64,000 bases of DNA from Bacteroidia bacterium (lineage in GTDB: Bacteria; Bacteroidota; Bacteroidia; NS11-12g; UBA9320). The translations under genes were made by a program, and so were the position numbers. The notes below the pieces were generated by a model. It saw only the letters and a list, made by a program, of their open reading frames with translations, was not told the DNA's origin and searched no databases. Location of the stretch: the NCBI GenBank assembly GCA_029268695.1, contig JAQWNJ010000014.1, positions 751 to 64,750 of the forward strand, in the 5' to 3' direction. Each line of letters starts with the position of its first letter. Within the stretch, counting starts at the first letter, position 1. Below are positions 22,754 through 33,483 of the stretch, one piece after another.

Positions 22754-23956
22754 TTACTGAAAATCTGTTGTCAGCTTAAATCGGAGAATTCTTCCATTTC
22801 CAGTATCACATACCCACAAAATTCTATTTTTATAAGCAATAGAAGTTGGCCCATTAAACTGAGAAAGTCCGTCTCCTCTACCCCCAAAGCTTGCCATTTG
22901 ATATTTACTAGTAGCTGACCCAACAGGTGGTTTTATTCCTTCAAGTCCTGTTACTGTGAACTGGTACAATGAATCTTTCATCTGGTCTAAAACGAAAATA
23001 TAATTTGTACCGTCACCAGTGATAATTGTGGAAACAGGTTTTGAAAACTTGTCAGGAGAAGTTAAACTACCATCAGCAATTGTTGTGTCAGTCTCAAAAA
23101 GTATTCTTGGCTCATAGCTTGCTCCGAAATCAGTCTCTATATAATCAATAACTTGTACCTTGATAGACGTATTTTCAGATAATGAAGTAAAAACAAAATG
23201 ATCGGGCCCACCAGCCGAAATCTGAGGTGGTTGGACAGAACTCGATATTCCCATTGGGCTTTTAAAATAGTCACGAAAAAAACCATTGGGGGTATTGACA
23301 ACAACTGGTGTTATGTATGTCCCATCTTCTTCAAACAATAAGATTGCATCATCTGGACCTCCAAATTTTTGTGGATTATTATCAATTCCAGATCGAGTAA
23401 CATAAAATCGATTATCTTCTAGAACTGCTATCTTGTTAAATTGAACTTTATCGTCACTCCCAGAGAAAGTACTTTTAAAATATAACGGATGGGCTATTGT
23501 ATCTACTACTCGCGCATACTCTATTCCAAATTCATTGCCATTGCCGTGCATATCAATACGATAAATACAGGCAATATCTTTTGTAACACCCCCAACTATT
23601 CGTTGACTTGAACCAATTGCTAGTAAATCCAATTTTCTATTTTGAGCTACAGATTTAACTCCATTCAACTGAAAACGACCCAGTTCTCTGCCACTTTCGT
23701 CTAAGGATATTATTTCCTCTGAAGCTCCATCAACTAAATAAATCAATTCGTCAAATCCAGTAATGATATCTATTGGATTTTGATATTTTTTAATGACTGG
23801 CTCAACAGGTACATAAGCTACTTCTCGAGGCAAATATTCAGGAACCTCAATAAAATCTAAATCTGTTTTTTTGCCAAAAAACCCATCACAACCTAAGATT
23901 AACAATAGTCCTAATGACCAAAAATAATTTTTATTTAAGTTATTAATCTGAATCAT
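22754..23956 (-). CDS. NHL-repeat lipoprotein (400 aa)
   Basis: It has a lipobox (LLLILGCDG) and a C-terminal NHL-like repeat (GQFNGPTSIAYKNRILWVCDTGNGRILRF). It overlaps the upstream PorQ-like gene by 4 nt. Confidence 0.55.
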   Translation of the reverse strand: MIQINNLNKNYFWSLGLLLILGCDGFFGKKTDLDFIEVPEYLPREVAYVPVEPVIKKYQNPIDIITGFDELIYLVDGASEEIISLDESGRELGRFQLNGVKSVAQNRKLDLLAIGSSQRIVGGVTKDIACIYRIDMHGNGNEFGIEYARVVDTIAHPLYFKSTFSGSDDKVQFNKIAVLEDNRFYVTRSGIDNNPQKFGGPDDAILLFEEDGTYITPVVVNTPNGFFRDYFKSPMGISSSVQPPQISAGGPDHFVFTSLSENTSIKVQVIDYIETDFGASYEPRILFETDTTIADGSLTSPDKFSKPVSTIITGDGTNYIFVLDQMKDSLYQFTVTGLEGIKPPVGSATSKYQMASFGGRGDGLSQFNGPTSIAYKNRILWVCDTGNGRILRFKLTTDFQ

Positions 23957-24993
23957 CGTTGGTCATTGTTAAAAGGGATAGATAATCCAACTAAATGCTG
24001 AACTCCCATTCGACTGGTTGGATTAACTGCATAATCAATGTATAAAGGATGTATCCCCAACCTTGTTTTGACACCAATACCTGCGGTAGGATAGTTTTGA
24101 CCTTGAACACTTAATTTATAACCAAGTCTAGTAAAAAGTAAGTCTCGGAAGCTCAACTCCCCTCCCAACCGAATATTTTCTGCATTGTCACTTGGATGGT
24201 TCAACTCAGCTGAAGCAACCAATTTTTTTGATTTACTCTCATATGGAACAAATGAAAACCCCATCTTAAATATAGTTGGTGTAGTATACTTACTCAATAC
24301 AACATCTGTACGATTGAAAGTTGTCTCTAAATCAGAACCTATCATTTGGGAATTCCCTCCAAAGTTTTTGACCACTACTGCAAATGTTAAATCCTTGTAA
24401 TCTGTTGTATACAAAAATCCAATATCCGCTGTAACTGTATGATTGGTGTATGTAGAAATTCCTTCATAAATATATTTGAGACCTATTCCAATATTGAAAT
24501 TTTCGGAGAGTTTTCTCGCATAATTTATACCTAGGGCTGTATTGTTAGCATAGAACAATTGCCCTGTCCCATTAGGCTCGAATTCTGTTCTAACTTCCAT
24601 GGCTCCCGCATTTAGACTATTCACATTAAATCCAATAACTGAGCCATCATCTAACTTGAATCCTGAGGCTAAAAAACTTTGATGTATTCCAGCACCAACA
24701 GACAAATTACTCAATGCGATACCAGGACCATTGATTTGAACCAGAGCTGCTGGATTATTCTCAGTACTGTAAAGATTCCCTTTATTTGCTATGCTTGCAC
24801 TTGCCATTGCAAATGAAACAGGGCTTAAATCATTCTTCAGAAAACTCAACGCGGATAACCCTGCTCGTTGACCACCAAAATTGGGAAGCAATTGAGCTTG
24901 ACTCAATAACGAGGATAAACTTAAAAATAGTAATAGACCCTTTTTCAAAATACAATGCGAAAATACGACTTGATTAACGGAAAATAGCATCAA
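23953..24993 (-). CDS. porQ: T9SS-associated outer-membrane beta-barrel protein, PorV/PorQ family (PorQ-like by size)
   Basis: The 346-aa ORF has a signal peptide and an N-terminal FL..DLSPVSFAMASASIA segment resembling PorQ/PorV. The rest is a FadL-like beta-barrel rich in Gly and aromatic residues, ending ...NDQR. Confidence 0.45.
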   Translation of the reverse strand: MMLFSVNQVVFSHCILKKGLLLFLSLSSLLSQAQLLPNFGGQRAGLSALSFLKNDLSPVSFAMASASIANKGNLYSTENNPAALVQINGPGIALSNLSVGAGIHQSFLASGFKLDDGSVIGFNVNSLNAGAMEVRTEFEPNGTGQLFYANNTALGINYARKLSENFNIGIGLKYIYEGISTYTNHTVTADIGFLYTTDYKDLTFAVVVKNFGGNSQMIGSDLETTFNRTDVVLSKYTTPTIFKMGFSFVPYESKSKKLVASAELNHPSDNAENIRLGGELSFRDLLFTRLGYKLSVQGQNYPTAGIGVKTRLGIHPLYIDYAVNPTSRMGVQHLVGLSIPFNNDQR

Positions 24994-25047
24994 TATCTCA
25001 TCAATTAAGTTATGATTTATTATATTCGAACTATTAAACTCTATTTT

Positions 25048-26040
25048 ATGAAAACACTATTATTTATCCCATTGGTAATTTTTTCAACTAGTTTAAGTGC
25101 TCAATATTATACCTTCAATGCTTCAACTGATTTATATAAGGATTTAGACAAATCTAAATCCCTCAATAACAGCAGGACATGGCAGAACCCTCACTACGAT
25201 ATTCCAATTGCATTTGACTTTACGTTATATGACAAGACTATCAAAAAAATTATTCTTAACGGATTTGGATGGGGTGGTTCATTAACTTCAAGTACAAAAG
25301 GGATTTATACTCTATTGATTGCTTATGGATCAGACCTTGTAGATCGTGGATATAACATGATTAAAGATACCATTACTCAAGAATCTAAATCTAATATTTC
25401 ATACCAATTGGATAGTGTAAACAATAAAAAAATCTTAAAAATACAGTAGAAAAATGCTGGATTCTACCATGAATTAGCTGACGATAGTATATCATCTGAT
25501 TATACTAATTTTCAGCTATGGCTTTATGAAGAATCAAACGATATAGAATGGCACTTTGGTCCAAGTCGTATTTCAAAACCAAACCTATGTTACAACAATT
25601 ACTCGGGTACTTATATCGCTCTTTTCCCGATGTTTGATCATGGTATAAATGCTGTTTTAGGAAAAGGATATGTTCTTACTGGGGACCCCACAAATCCCAA
25701 ATTACTGTGGGTTAATAATCAAGAACCTCATCATATTGATGGTACAATCCCGAATGGAACGATTTACCGATTAAGCAGGCAAAGCATTGGTTTAGACAAT
25801 CTAAACACCTCTGAAATTATACTATCCCCTAATCCAGTTAGAGAATCTTTCTCTATTTCATCAAATAACAACACCCCAGCAATTGAAAAAATAATAATTT
25901 ATAACGCTCAAGGTCAAATAGTAAAAAAAGTTAACTTCCTGAAAAATAAAATTGATGTTAGTAGTTTAATAAGAGGTGTATACTTAGTAAAAATAATCAC
26001 GGAAAAAGGATTATTTTTTAAAAAAATGGTGAAGGAATAA
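25048..26040 (+). pseudogene. T9SS type-A C-terminal-domain cargo protein, interrupted by an in-frame TAG at 25447-25449
   Basis: A signal peptide (MKTLLFIPLVIFSTSLSAQ) starts at 25048. The same frame is open across 25450-25629 (KNAGFYHELADDSISSDYTNFQLWLYEESNDIEWHFGPSRISKPNLCYNNYSGTYIALFP) and runs into the 25630 ORF. That ORF ends with a Por-secretion CTD (LSPNPV...IIYNAQGQIVKKV...GVYLVKIITEKG). Confidence 0.7.
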
Positions 26041-26058
26041 CACGCTATAGGGAAATTG

Positions 26059-26811
26059 CTAATACTCCTTTTCTATAAATTCAGTTCTACATCTTAAGAT
26101 TTCATAGTAGAGGGTCAATTCATCAACCATTTCAATAAAACTGGGATGAAAACTACAAAAAGCCTTGAATCTTGCCAACTCCTCGTTCTCAAAACTTGTT
26201 AGCGTTGACACTACAAAATCATCAAACTTTTTGCCGTTTTCTCTACGTTGCTTGTCCTTAGCAAGCAGCATGGCATACTCTCTACGCTCTCTTCCAGACT
26301 TACTAAAACGATCATATAAATAAGTAATTGGGCTTCCCAAAACAGCACCCCCTTGAGCAGACCTATCTAATCCAATAAGTTCTTTTTTCATCTCAATAAT
26401 TCGAAGTTTTTCACGCACTTTGTCTGCATCTGACTTCCCCAAATCATTACTCACAAACTTGCGATCAAACAAAGAACGTTCACCTAAAATTGAAAACTTA
26501 ACCTCCCTCAAATCGTAGGTTCTAGGTTGCAGATAAAACACCAAATCTTTTCTATCCACAAACTCAGAAGGCATTATTCTTAACGTATCGTATACTAAAT
26601 GTGAAATAGTAATTTCTGACTCTGGCTCATAGTCAATGGTAATCAAACCATCTACATTAGTTAATAAAGACTCTCCATGACTATTAGTTACCTTGGCATA
26701 TAATACAGGTTCTCCATTTACCAAAGATTTAAATGTGGCTGTAAATGTATTGGATTGAGAATACCCCCGTCCAAATACCAAAATCATTAAAAAAATTAAT
26801 ACGTGTCTCAA
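26059..26811 (-). CDS. Hypothetical secreted protein (250 aa) with a carboxypeptidase-regulatory-like N-terminal region
   Basis: Signal peptide MRHVLIFLMILVFGRGYSQ. Confidence 0.5.
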   Translation of the reverse strand: MRHVLIFLMILVFGRGYSQSNTFTATFKSLVNGEPVLYAKVTNSHGESLLTNVDGLITIDYEPESEITISHLVYDTLRIMPSEFVDRKDLVFYLQPRTYDLREVKFSILGERSLFDRKFVSNDLGKSDADKVREKLRIIEMKKELIGLDRSAQGGAVLGSPITYLYDRFSKSGRERREYAMLLAKDKQRRENGKKFDDFVVSTLTSFENEELARFKAFCSFHPSFIEMVDELTLYYEILRCRTEFIEKEY

Positions 26812-26869
26812 ACTAATTCAGCCCTTGAACGTACAAATCAAGTAAATAGTTGCTTTACTTTTGTAATAA

Positions 26870-27268
26870 ATGACAAGATTTATAATAATTATGAGTATGC
26901 TGGCATTGAGCTTAAGTGCTTACAGCCAAAAAATAGATGTTAAAGCACTTTCTCCAAGTTCAGGTAGCTACGATAATATTCACATAAAAAAAATAGCTGA
27001 AGACACCTTTCAAAGCAGCTATGTTATATGGGTCAAGAAACAAGTAAAACCCCACTATCATGCCCATCATTCTGAGTATATTCATGTTTTGGACGGGAGA
27101 GCTATTATGAGACTTGACTCATCAAATTTTACTATTCAAAAGGGAGATGTAATTTTCGTACCTCAGAAAAGTATTCACGCTGTCAAAACCCTTTCTAAAG
27201 AACCTCTTAAGGTGATTTCTATTCAAAGTCCTCTTTTTGATGGTGATCGGATATGGGTAAAAGAATAA
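26870..27268 (+). CDS. Secreted cupin-domain protein
   Basis: The 132-aa ORF has a signal peptide and the cupin two-His motif region (HYHAHHSEYIHVLDG...GDVIFVP). Confidence 0.65.
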   Translation: MTRFIIIMSMLALSLSAYSQKIDVKALSPSSGSYDNIHIKKIAEDTFQSSYVIWVKKQVKPHYHAHHSEYIHVLDGRAIMRLDSSNFTIQKGDVIFVPQKSIHAVKTLSKEPLKVISIQSPLFDGDRIWVKE

Positions 27269-27311
27269 AGCATTTATAACACACAGATAGAATATTAATA
27301 TCTTTGCTAAA

Positions 27312-29120
27312 GTGGAGATTAAATCTAAAATAGCCCCAATAAAAGCCAAAATAAAAATACTTCCAAACGCCCCTGGTGTATATAAATATTTTGATAAAAA
27401 TGGTACAATCCTATACATTGGGAAGGCAAAAGATTTGAAAAAAAGAGTAAGCTCTTACTTCAACAAAAAACACTATGAAAATAAAAAAACCGAAATTCTT
27501 GTCCGTAAAATATGGGATATAAATGTGACTGTAGTCCCCACTGAAATCGATGCATTACTGCTTGAAAATAGTCTTATCAAAGAATTCAAACCCAAGTATA
27601 ACATCAACCTCAAAGACGATAAAACATTCCCATCAATTAAAATCACCAACGAGCGTTTTCCTAAAGTGTTTTCCGTCAGAAAAACCATTAAGGATGGAAG
27701 CACATATTATGGTCCCTATACCAACATCAAACTCATGCGTATCGTATTGGAATTGTGCAAAAAGATTTATCCGATCCGAAATTGCAACTTCAATCTATCA
27801 GAAAAAAATATCACTGCGGGTAAATTCAAGGTATGCCTTGAATACCAAATTGGTAATTGTAAGGGTGCTTGTGAGGGACTAGAAAGTGAAGAAGAATATT
27901 TAGAAAGTATTAAAGGCATTCGAAATATTCTAAGAGGGAATCTAAAAGAGGTTAAAGATCATCTTAAAAGTAAAATGGAACAAGCTTCTACTAACTGGCA
28001 GTTTGAAGAAGCAGGAAAATATAAAATCAAACTTGATATTCTAACTAACTATCAAAGCAGAAGCACAGTAGTAAATCCTAGAATTAATGACGTAGACGTA
28101 TATAATGTTGCACAAAATGACCGATATGCTTATGTGAATTATTTGAGAATCTCAAGGGGTATTATCATCCAATCTCGAAACTTGGAACTCAAGAAAAAAA
28201 TGAATGAAAGCACAGAGAAAATTTTAGAAACCGCACTGGGCGATATTAAAAATTCTGATATGGCTACCGAAACTTCAGAAATGATTGTTCCCATTCCTTT
28301 GGATATATCAGAGAACTATTTTATTCCTAAAAGTGGGGATAAAAAAAAACTACTTGAGCTGAGTTATAAAAACGCTCTACTCTACATGAAAGAAAAGACT
28401 AATCAATACGAAAAGCTAAACCCAGACTTAAAAAAAGAACGCTTACTAAACACGCTTCAAAAAGATTTAAGACTAAAAGATTTGCCCGTTCACATGGAAT
28501 GTTTTGATAATTCTAATTTTCAAGGATCATTTCCTGTCAGTGCATGTGTGGTATTTAAAAATGGCAAACCTAGCAAAAAAGAATACCGACATTTCAATAT
28601 CAAAACTGTGGAAGGTCCTAATGATTTTGCGAGTATGTATGAAGCATTAACCAGAAGATATTCCAAGCTAAATAAACAACAACATTCCTTACCTCAATTG
28701 ATCGTAATCGACGGCGGAAAAGGACAATTGTCAAGTTCAGTCAAAGCATTAAAAGATATAGGTATTTATGGAAAAGTTGCAATCATTGGTATTGCCAAAC
28801 GTCTAGAAGAAATTTACTACCCTGAAGATAATCTACCCTTGTATTTAGATAAAAAATCTGAAACACTTCGCATCATACAACACATGCGTGATGAAGCACA
28901 TCGCTTTGGAATAACACACCATCGAAACCAAAGAAGCAAAGGAACAATTGTTAGTAAGCTGACCGAAATAAAAGGAATCGGTAACGAAACTGCTGCCGAA
29001 TTGCTTCGCTCATTTAAATCTGTTACTAGAATCAAAAAATCTACATTAGAGGATATTGCCAAAGTAATTGGACCAGCAAAAGCATCTATTATTGTTAATT
29101 ATTATCGTGATCAACCTTAA
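27312..29120 (+). CDS. uvrC: Excinuclease ABC subunit C
   Basis: The 602-aa ORF has an N-terminal GIY-YIG domain (PGVYKYFDKNGTILYIGKAKDLKKRV), a UvrBC domain and a C-terminal RNaseH-like plus HhH region. Confidence 0.93.
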   Translation: MEIKSKIAPIKAKIKILPNAPGVYKYFDKNGTILYIGKAKDLKKRVSSYFNKKHYENKKTEILVRKIWDINVTVVPTEIDALLLENSLIKEFKPKYNINLKDDKTFPSIKITNERFPKVFSVRKTIKDGSTYYGPYTNIKLMRIVLELCKKIYPIRNCNFNLSEKNITAGKFKVCLEYQIGNCKGACEGLESEEEYLESIKGIRNILRGNLKEVKDHLKSKMEQASTNWQFEEAGKYKIKLDILTNYQSRSTVVNPRINDVDVYNVAQNDRYAYVNYLRISRGIIIQSRNLELKKKMNESTEKILETALGDIKNSDMATETSEMIVPIPLDISENYFIPKSGDKKKLLELSYKNALLYMKEKTNQYEKLNPDLKKERLLNTLQKDLRLKDLPVHMECFDNSNFQGSFPVSACVVFKNGKPSKKEYRHFNIKTVEGPNDFASMYEALTRRYSKLNKQQHSLPQLIVIDGGKGQLSSSVKALKDIGIYGKVAIIGIAKRLEEIYYPEDNLPLYLDKKSETLRIIQHMRDEAHRFGITHHRNQRSKGTIVSKLTEIKGIGNETAAELLRSFKSVTRIKKSTLEDIAKVIGPAKASIIVNYYRDQP

Positions 29121-30363
29121 TTCCTTTATTCAAAAACATGGGTTAAATGCGTTTAAAAAACTTGCATATCACCATGCATCCAAATATGACTACAGTTGTA
29201 TATTAGATAGCTGTGAACTTGATACTGGGGTACATCAAGGGAGATATGAATTTTTAGTCGCTTATGGAGCTGAAAGAGTATTCTATAATTTAGAAGAACT
29301 TGAAAAAACAGAACGAGATTCAGATTGGGTTTTTGGAATAATCGGATATGACCTGAAGAACAAATTTGAAAAACTATCCAGTCAAAATCCTAGCATTGTT
29401 GAAACACCTGAAATCACATTTTTTGTTCCTAAAATAGTGTTATCTATTGATAAAAATCAAAAAGCAACCCTTTTAAAAGGAAAGTTGACACAAACTTTTT
29501 GGAATTACAAAGAAGAACCTAGGGCTTTCAAAATTAATCCTGAAAAAAATCCAATTACAAAAAACACTTACATAAAAAAAATCACCCAAATTCAAGACTT
29601 AATCAAACAAGGGGAAGTCTATGAACTCAATTATTGTATCCCTCACGCATCAGACTATTTAGAGTTTTCTCCAATCGATTTTCAGCTTTCATTGATTAAT
29701 AAGTCACCAGTACCAATGGCTGCCTATTTTTCAGCAAATTCTTTACACCTCTGTGGTGCGAGTATGGAACGATACATAGCTAAAAATAAAAATGTATTAT
29801 TAAGTCAACCTATAAAAGGGACTATCAAAAAAGGGGAAACATTAGAAGAGGACCAAGAACTAATATCCGAATTGGTCAATTCTGAAAAAGACCGTGCAGA
29901 AAATGTAATGATTGTTGATTTAGTTCGAAATGACCTGAATAAAATTTGTCAAACTGCAACGGTAAAAGTTACTGAGTTATTTGAAATATACAGTTACCTT
30001 CAGGTTCATCAGATGATTTCTACCGTTGAAGGAAAATTAAACCCCAACACTAAATTTACAGATATTTTAAAAGCTACATTTCCAATGGGTAGTATGACAG
30101 GAGCCCCAAAAATATCGGCAATGAAGTATATCGATCAACTAGAATTCTTCAAGAGAGGTTGGTATAGTGGTTCTGTTGGATACATTGATCCTAATGGTGA
30201 TTTTGACTTCAATGTAGTTATCAGAAGTTTGCTATGTGATGAGGACAAAAAAACATTGAATTATTGTGCAGGTGGAGCAATTACAATAGACTCTATTCCT
30301 GAAAAAGAATGGGATGAAATTCAAGTTAAAACTAAAGCAATCACCGAAGTATTAAATAACTAA
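29068..30363 (+). CDS. pabB: Aminodeoxychorismate synthase component I / anthranilate-synthase component I family
   Basis: It has chorismate-binding domain motifs (SPE..L...G, GAPK...M..I..LE...RG.Y.G..GY). The annotated start overlaps the uvrC 3' end by 53 nt, and the true start may be a downstream non-ATG codon. Confidence 0.75.
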   Translation: MDQQKHLLLLIIIVINLNSFIQKHGLNAFKKLAYHHASKYDYSCILDSCELDTGVHQGRYEFLVAYGAERVFYNLEELEKTERDSDWVFGIIGYDLKNKFEKLSSQNPSIVETPEITFFVPKIVLSIDKNQKATLLKGKLTQTFWNYKEEPRAFKINPEKNPITKNTYIKKITQIQDLIKQGEVYELNYCIPHASDYLEFSPIDFQLSLINKSPVPMAAYFSANSLHLCGASMERYIAKNKNVLLSQPIKGTIKKGETLEEDQELISELVNSEKDRAENVMIVDLVRNDLNKICQTATVKVTELFEIYSYLQVHQMISTVEGKLNPNTKFTDILKATFPMGSMTGAPKISAMKYIDQLEFFKRGWYSGSVGYIDPNGDFDFNVVIRSLLCDEDKKTLNYCAGGAITIDSIPEKEWDEIQVKTKAITEVLNN

Positions 30364-30406
30364 TCACACATATGATTAAATTTGTTTAAATTAATTATCG
30401 AACAAC

Positions 30407-31357
30407 ATGGATACAATTATCTCATTAGATCTTGACGATTTCAAGAATGGAAGTCCTGATCAAAAGACAAAATTTGTTCAAGATTTAGGGCAGGCATACC
30501 AACAAATTGGTTTTGTTGCAGTTTATAATCATGAGTTAAGTGATGAATTAACCGCTAATTTGTATCAATCTACTCAAGAGTTTTATGCTCTCCCTTTGGA
30601 GACTAAAATGAAGTATCATATCAAAGGTCTAGCAGGGCAACGCGGCTTTACGTCATGGGGCTCAGAACATAGTAAAGATAGCAAAGTGGGAGATTTAAAA
30701 GAATTTTATCACTTTGGCCAAGAAATCCCAACGGAACTTGAAGGGCAGTATGATTACCCAAAAAATGTACTTAATGAAGAAGTCCCTTTATTTAATGAAA
30801 ATAGTTTAAAAGCATTCTCAGCTCTTCAAGAAACAGGTAAATACATGTTAAGAGCCATTGCATTATTCCTTAATTTAGAAGAATCGTACTTTGATTCATA
30901 TATAGCGTATGGGAATAGTATTTTACGCCCGATACATTATGGCCCAATAACAGAAGCTCCAAAAAATGCAGTACGAGCAGGACAGCACGAGGATATAAAT
31001 TTGATAACGCTACTCATGGGAGCAAGTGCTGAAGGTCTTGAAGTTTTAGATAAAAAAAATAATTGGATTCCAATCACTGCACTCCCTAATCAATTAGTTG
31101 TTAACGTTGGGGACATGCTTCAACGATTAACTAACAATGTCTTAAGAAGCACTACTCATCGAGTAGTAAATCCTCCAAAAGATCAATGGGGAACAACTCG
31201 ATTCTCTATCCCATTTTTCTTGCATCCTACATCAGAGATGAGGTTGGATTGTCTGGGCAATTGTGTCACCAAAGAAAATCCTAAGATGTATGAAGATATC
31301 TCTGCAGGTGAATTTTTGAATGAACGATTAATAGAAATTGGTCTAATAAAAAAGTAA
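30407..31357 (+). CDS. 2-oxoglutarate/Fe(II)-dependent oxygenase (isopenicillin-N-synthase-like family)
   Basis: The 316-aa ORF has HxD...H iron-binding residues (HEDINLITLL ... THRV) and an RxS 2OG-binding motif. Confidence 0.7.
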   Translation: MDTIISLDLDDFKNGSPDQKTKFVQDLGQAYQQIGFVAVYNHELSDELTANLYQSTQEFYALPLETKMKYHIKGLAGQRGFTSWGSEHSKDSKVGDLKEFYHFGQEIPTELEGQYDYPKNVLNEEVPLFNENSLKAFSALQETGKYMLRAIALFLNLEESYFDSYIAYGNSILRPIHYGPITEAPKNAVRAGQHEDINLITLLMGASAEGLEVLDKKNNWIPITALPNQLVVNVGDMLQRLTNNVLRSTTHRVVNPPKDQWGTTRFSIPFFLHPTSEMRLDCLGNCVTKENPKMYEDISAGEFLNERLIEIGLIKK

Positions 31358-31417
31358 GCAAAAACAGCCCAATTATTCATCATTGAAGATCACTACTTAT
31401 TTATCTCGTGACTTAAT

Positions 31418-32761
31418 ATGAATTCTTTTGTAAAAGAAGTCATCAAGATAAGTTGGCCTATTATCATAGGGCAAATAGGTATGGTTCTTACTGGATTTTT
31501 TGATAGCCTAATGGTAGCAAAACTTGGGCACGAAGAGTTAGCTGCAGTAGGTATTAGCAATAGTATTTTTTTTCTATTAGCTATTTTCCCAATGGGCGTT
31601 ACCATGGCTTTTTCTACCATTACTGGGATACTGCAGGGAAATAAAAAAATATCGTTGTACCACTACTTTGTGAAGGATAGTTTTACCACCACTATCATTT
31701 TATCTGGTCTTATAAGTGTAGTCATATATATTATTACAAAAAACTTTGAATGGATTAATCAACCAGAAAATGTGACACAGATTTCTAAACCATACTTTAC
31801 TTTCCTCAATTGGTCTTTGATGCCAATGCTCATTTTTTTCTTTGCAAAAAATATAAGTGATGGTTTCAGTTATACAAAAGGAGGTATGTTTGTTACTATT
31901 TCAGCACTTTTTCTAAATATTTTCCTTAACTGGATATTAATATATGGTAAGCTAGGATTTACCGCATATGGCGTTAATGGTGCTGGATATGCTACAATAG
32001 TATCAAGAGTTTACATGGCTATTAGCATGTTAATTTTACTTTTTAACTCATCCGACACACCACTGAAATTTTCTACGTTTATTTCATCCCTAGGCAATTC
32101 ACATAGAATAAAATTTTATAAAAAAATCATCCGATTAGGGTTTCCCAGCGGATTGCAATACTTTTTTGAAGTAGCCGCTTTTGCAGGTGCAGCTGTAATG
32201 GCTGGATGGCTTGGAGCTAGAGAGTTGGCAGCCCATCAGTTAGCAATAACCATTGCATCCTTTACATACATGTTTGCTGGAGGAATTGCTGCTGGAGGAA
32301 GCATATGTGTGGCAAAAGCCTATGGAAATAAAAATTTTAATCATGTAAAAAAATATGGAAAAGCATCCTGGCAAATTGGATTTATTGTCATGAGTTTTTT
32401 TGCTATTATTTTTTTGTTTTTCAATCATTCTCTGGCTCAATTATTTTCTGATAATGAAGACATAATTCAAATGGGTGCCCAACTTTTAATTATCGCAGCT
32501 ATCTTTCAACTAAGTGACGGGATTCAAGCAATATCTGTTGCTTTATTAAGAGGTATCACAGATGTAAAACTTCCTAGTTTTTTTATATTCATGGCCTACT
32601 GGGTTATTGCTATCCCCATGGGATTCATCCTCTCTAAGTCATCCGAATATGACTATTGGTTGACTGGATTGAATGGTATCTGGATTGCTTTAAGTTTAGG
32701 GCTAACTATATCTGCAGTAGGTCTCTCATATCGTTTTTATTTTTTACTTCGTAGATCATGA
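31418..32761 (+). CDS. MATE-family multidrug/oligosaccharidyl-lipid efflux transporter
   Basis: The 447-aa ORF has 12 predicted TM helices and the MATE N-terminal pattern (WPIIIGQIGMVLTGFFDSLMVAKLG). Confidence 0.8.
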   Translation: MNSFVKEVIKISWPIIIGQIGMVLTGFFDSLMVAKLGHEELAAVGISNSIFFLLAIFPMGVTMAFSTITGILQGNKKISLYHYFVKDSFTTTIILSGLISVVIYIITKNFEWINQPENVTQISKPYFTFLNWSLMPMLIFFFAKNISDGFSYTKGGMFVTISALFLNIFLNWILIYGKLGFTAYGVNGAGYATIVSRVYMAISMLILLFNSSDTPLKFSTFISSLGNSHRIKFYKKIIRLGFPSGLQYFFEVAAFAGAAVMAGWLGARELAAHQLAITIASFTYMFAGGIAAGGSICVAKAYGNKNFNHVKKYGKASWQIGFIVMSFFAIIFLFFNHSLAQLFSDNEDIIQMGAQLLIIAAIFQLSDGIQAISVALLRGITDVKLPSFFIFMAYWVIAIPMGFILSKSSEYDYWLTGLNGIWIALSLGLTISAVGLSYRFYFLLRRS

Positions 32762-33483
32762 AATTTATTTATATACTTACATTACTTCTTTCTTCAATAT
32801 GTTCACTAGCACAGTCTACTATCGGTATAATTATTGAGCCAAGTTTTAATGTCCCTCAATTTAAAAAATCTTCTCAATCAGATTCTATAAAAGGCATTTC
32901 AAATACAGATTTAACATTAAGTTTTGGACTAGAAATTAAAAAAAAATTGGATCGATACAACGCAATAAGTTTTATTCCGGGGTTCCTTCAAACTAATTTA
33001 CTAACTGTAAAAGAAAATCTTCAATTTTTAGACTTAATACACCCCTCACTACCTGAGATAAAAGATCTAACACAATCAGCAAATAAGATTGCTCGAGTGA
33101 GATATAGGTTCCAATATATTGGAACACAGATACTTTATAATAGACAACTTAAGTTGAGAAAGATACCCCCTAAGTTCAACGTAGAAATTGGCGGGGGGAT
33201 GGGTTTACACTATCTAATCGACCACTCAGTAAAGATAAAGACAGAAGGTTTTGCATTAAATAACAAATTTGTTCATGTTATAGAAAACGAAACGGGATTA
33301 GACCCAAACCCTATATTAATTCAGGCACTTATAAATGTCAATTTACTTTATGAGGTTACTCCAAAATTTACCTTAAACGCGGGTTTTAAAACCGGACTTC
33401 CTATTACAAATACAAACAATGAATCTTTTGCATTTAGGATATACAACAATGGTTTAAGAATAGGAATAACCAAGTTAATTTAG
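32758..33483 (+). CDS. Hypothetical outer-membrane beta-barrel protein (241 aa)
   Basis: It has a signal peptide, alternating hydrophobic beta-strand pattern and a C-terminal aromatic residue. Confidence 0.5.
   Translation: MKFIYILTLLLSSICSLAQSTIGIIIEPSFNVPQFKKSSQSDSIKGISNTDLTLSFGLEIKKKLDRYNAISFIPGFLQTNLLTVKENLQFLDLIHPSLPEIKDLTQSANKIARVRYRFQYIGTQILYNRQLKLRKIPPKFNVEIGGGMGLHYLIDHSVKIKTEGFALNNKFVHVIENETGLDPNPILIQALINVNLLYEVTPKFTLNAGFKTGLPITNTNNESFAFRIYNNGLRIGITKLI

Noticed and set aside
23953-24993. Calling this ORF PorP/SprF or the T9SS channel-associated PorV specifically
   Set aside because: The length (346 aa) and N-terminal motif fit PorQ better than PorV (about 390 aa). It also lacks the QQDP..YSQY-type start I associate with PorP/SprF. 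The family-level call PorV/PorQ is kept with modest confidence.
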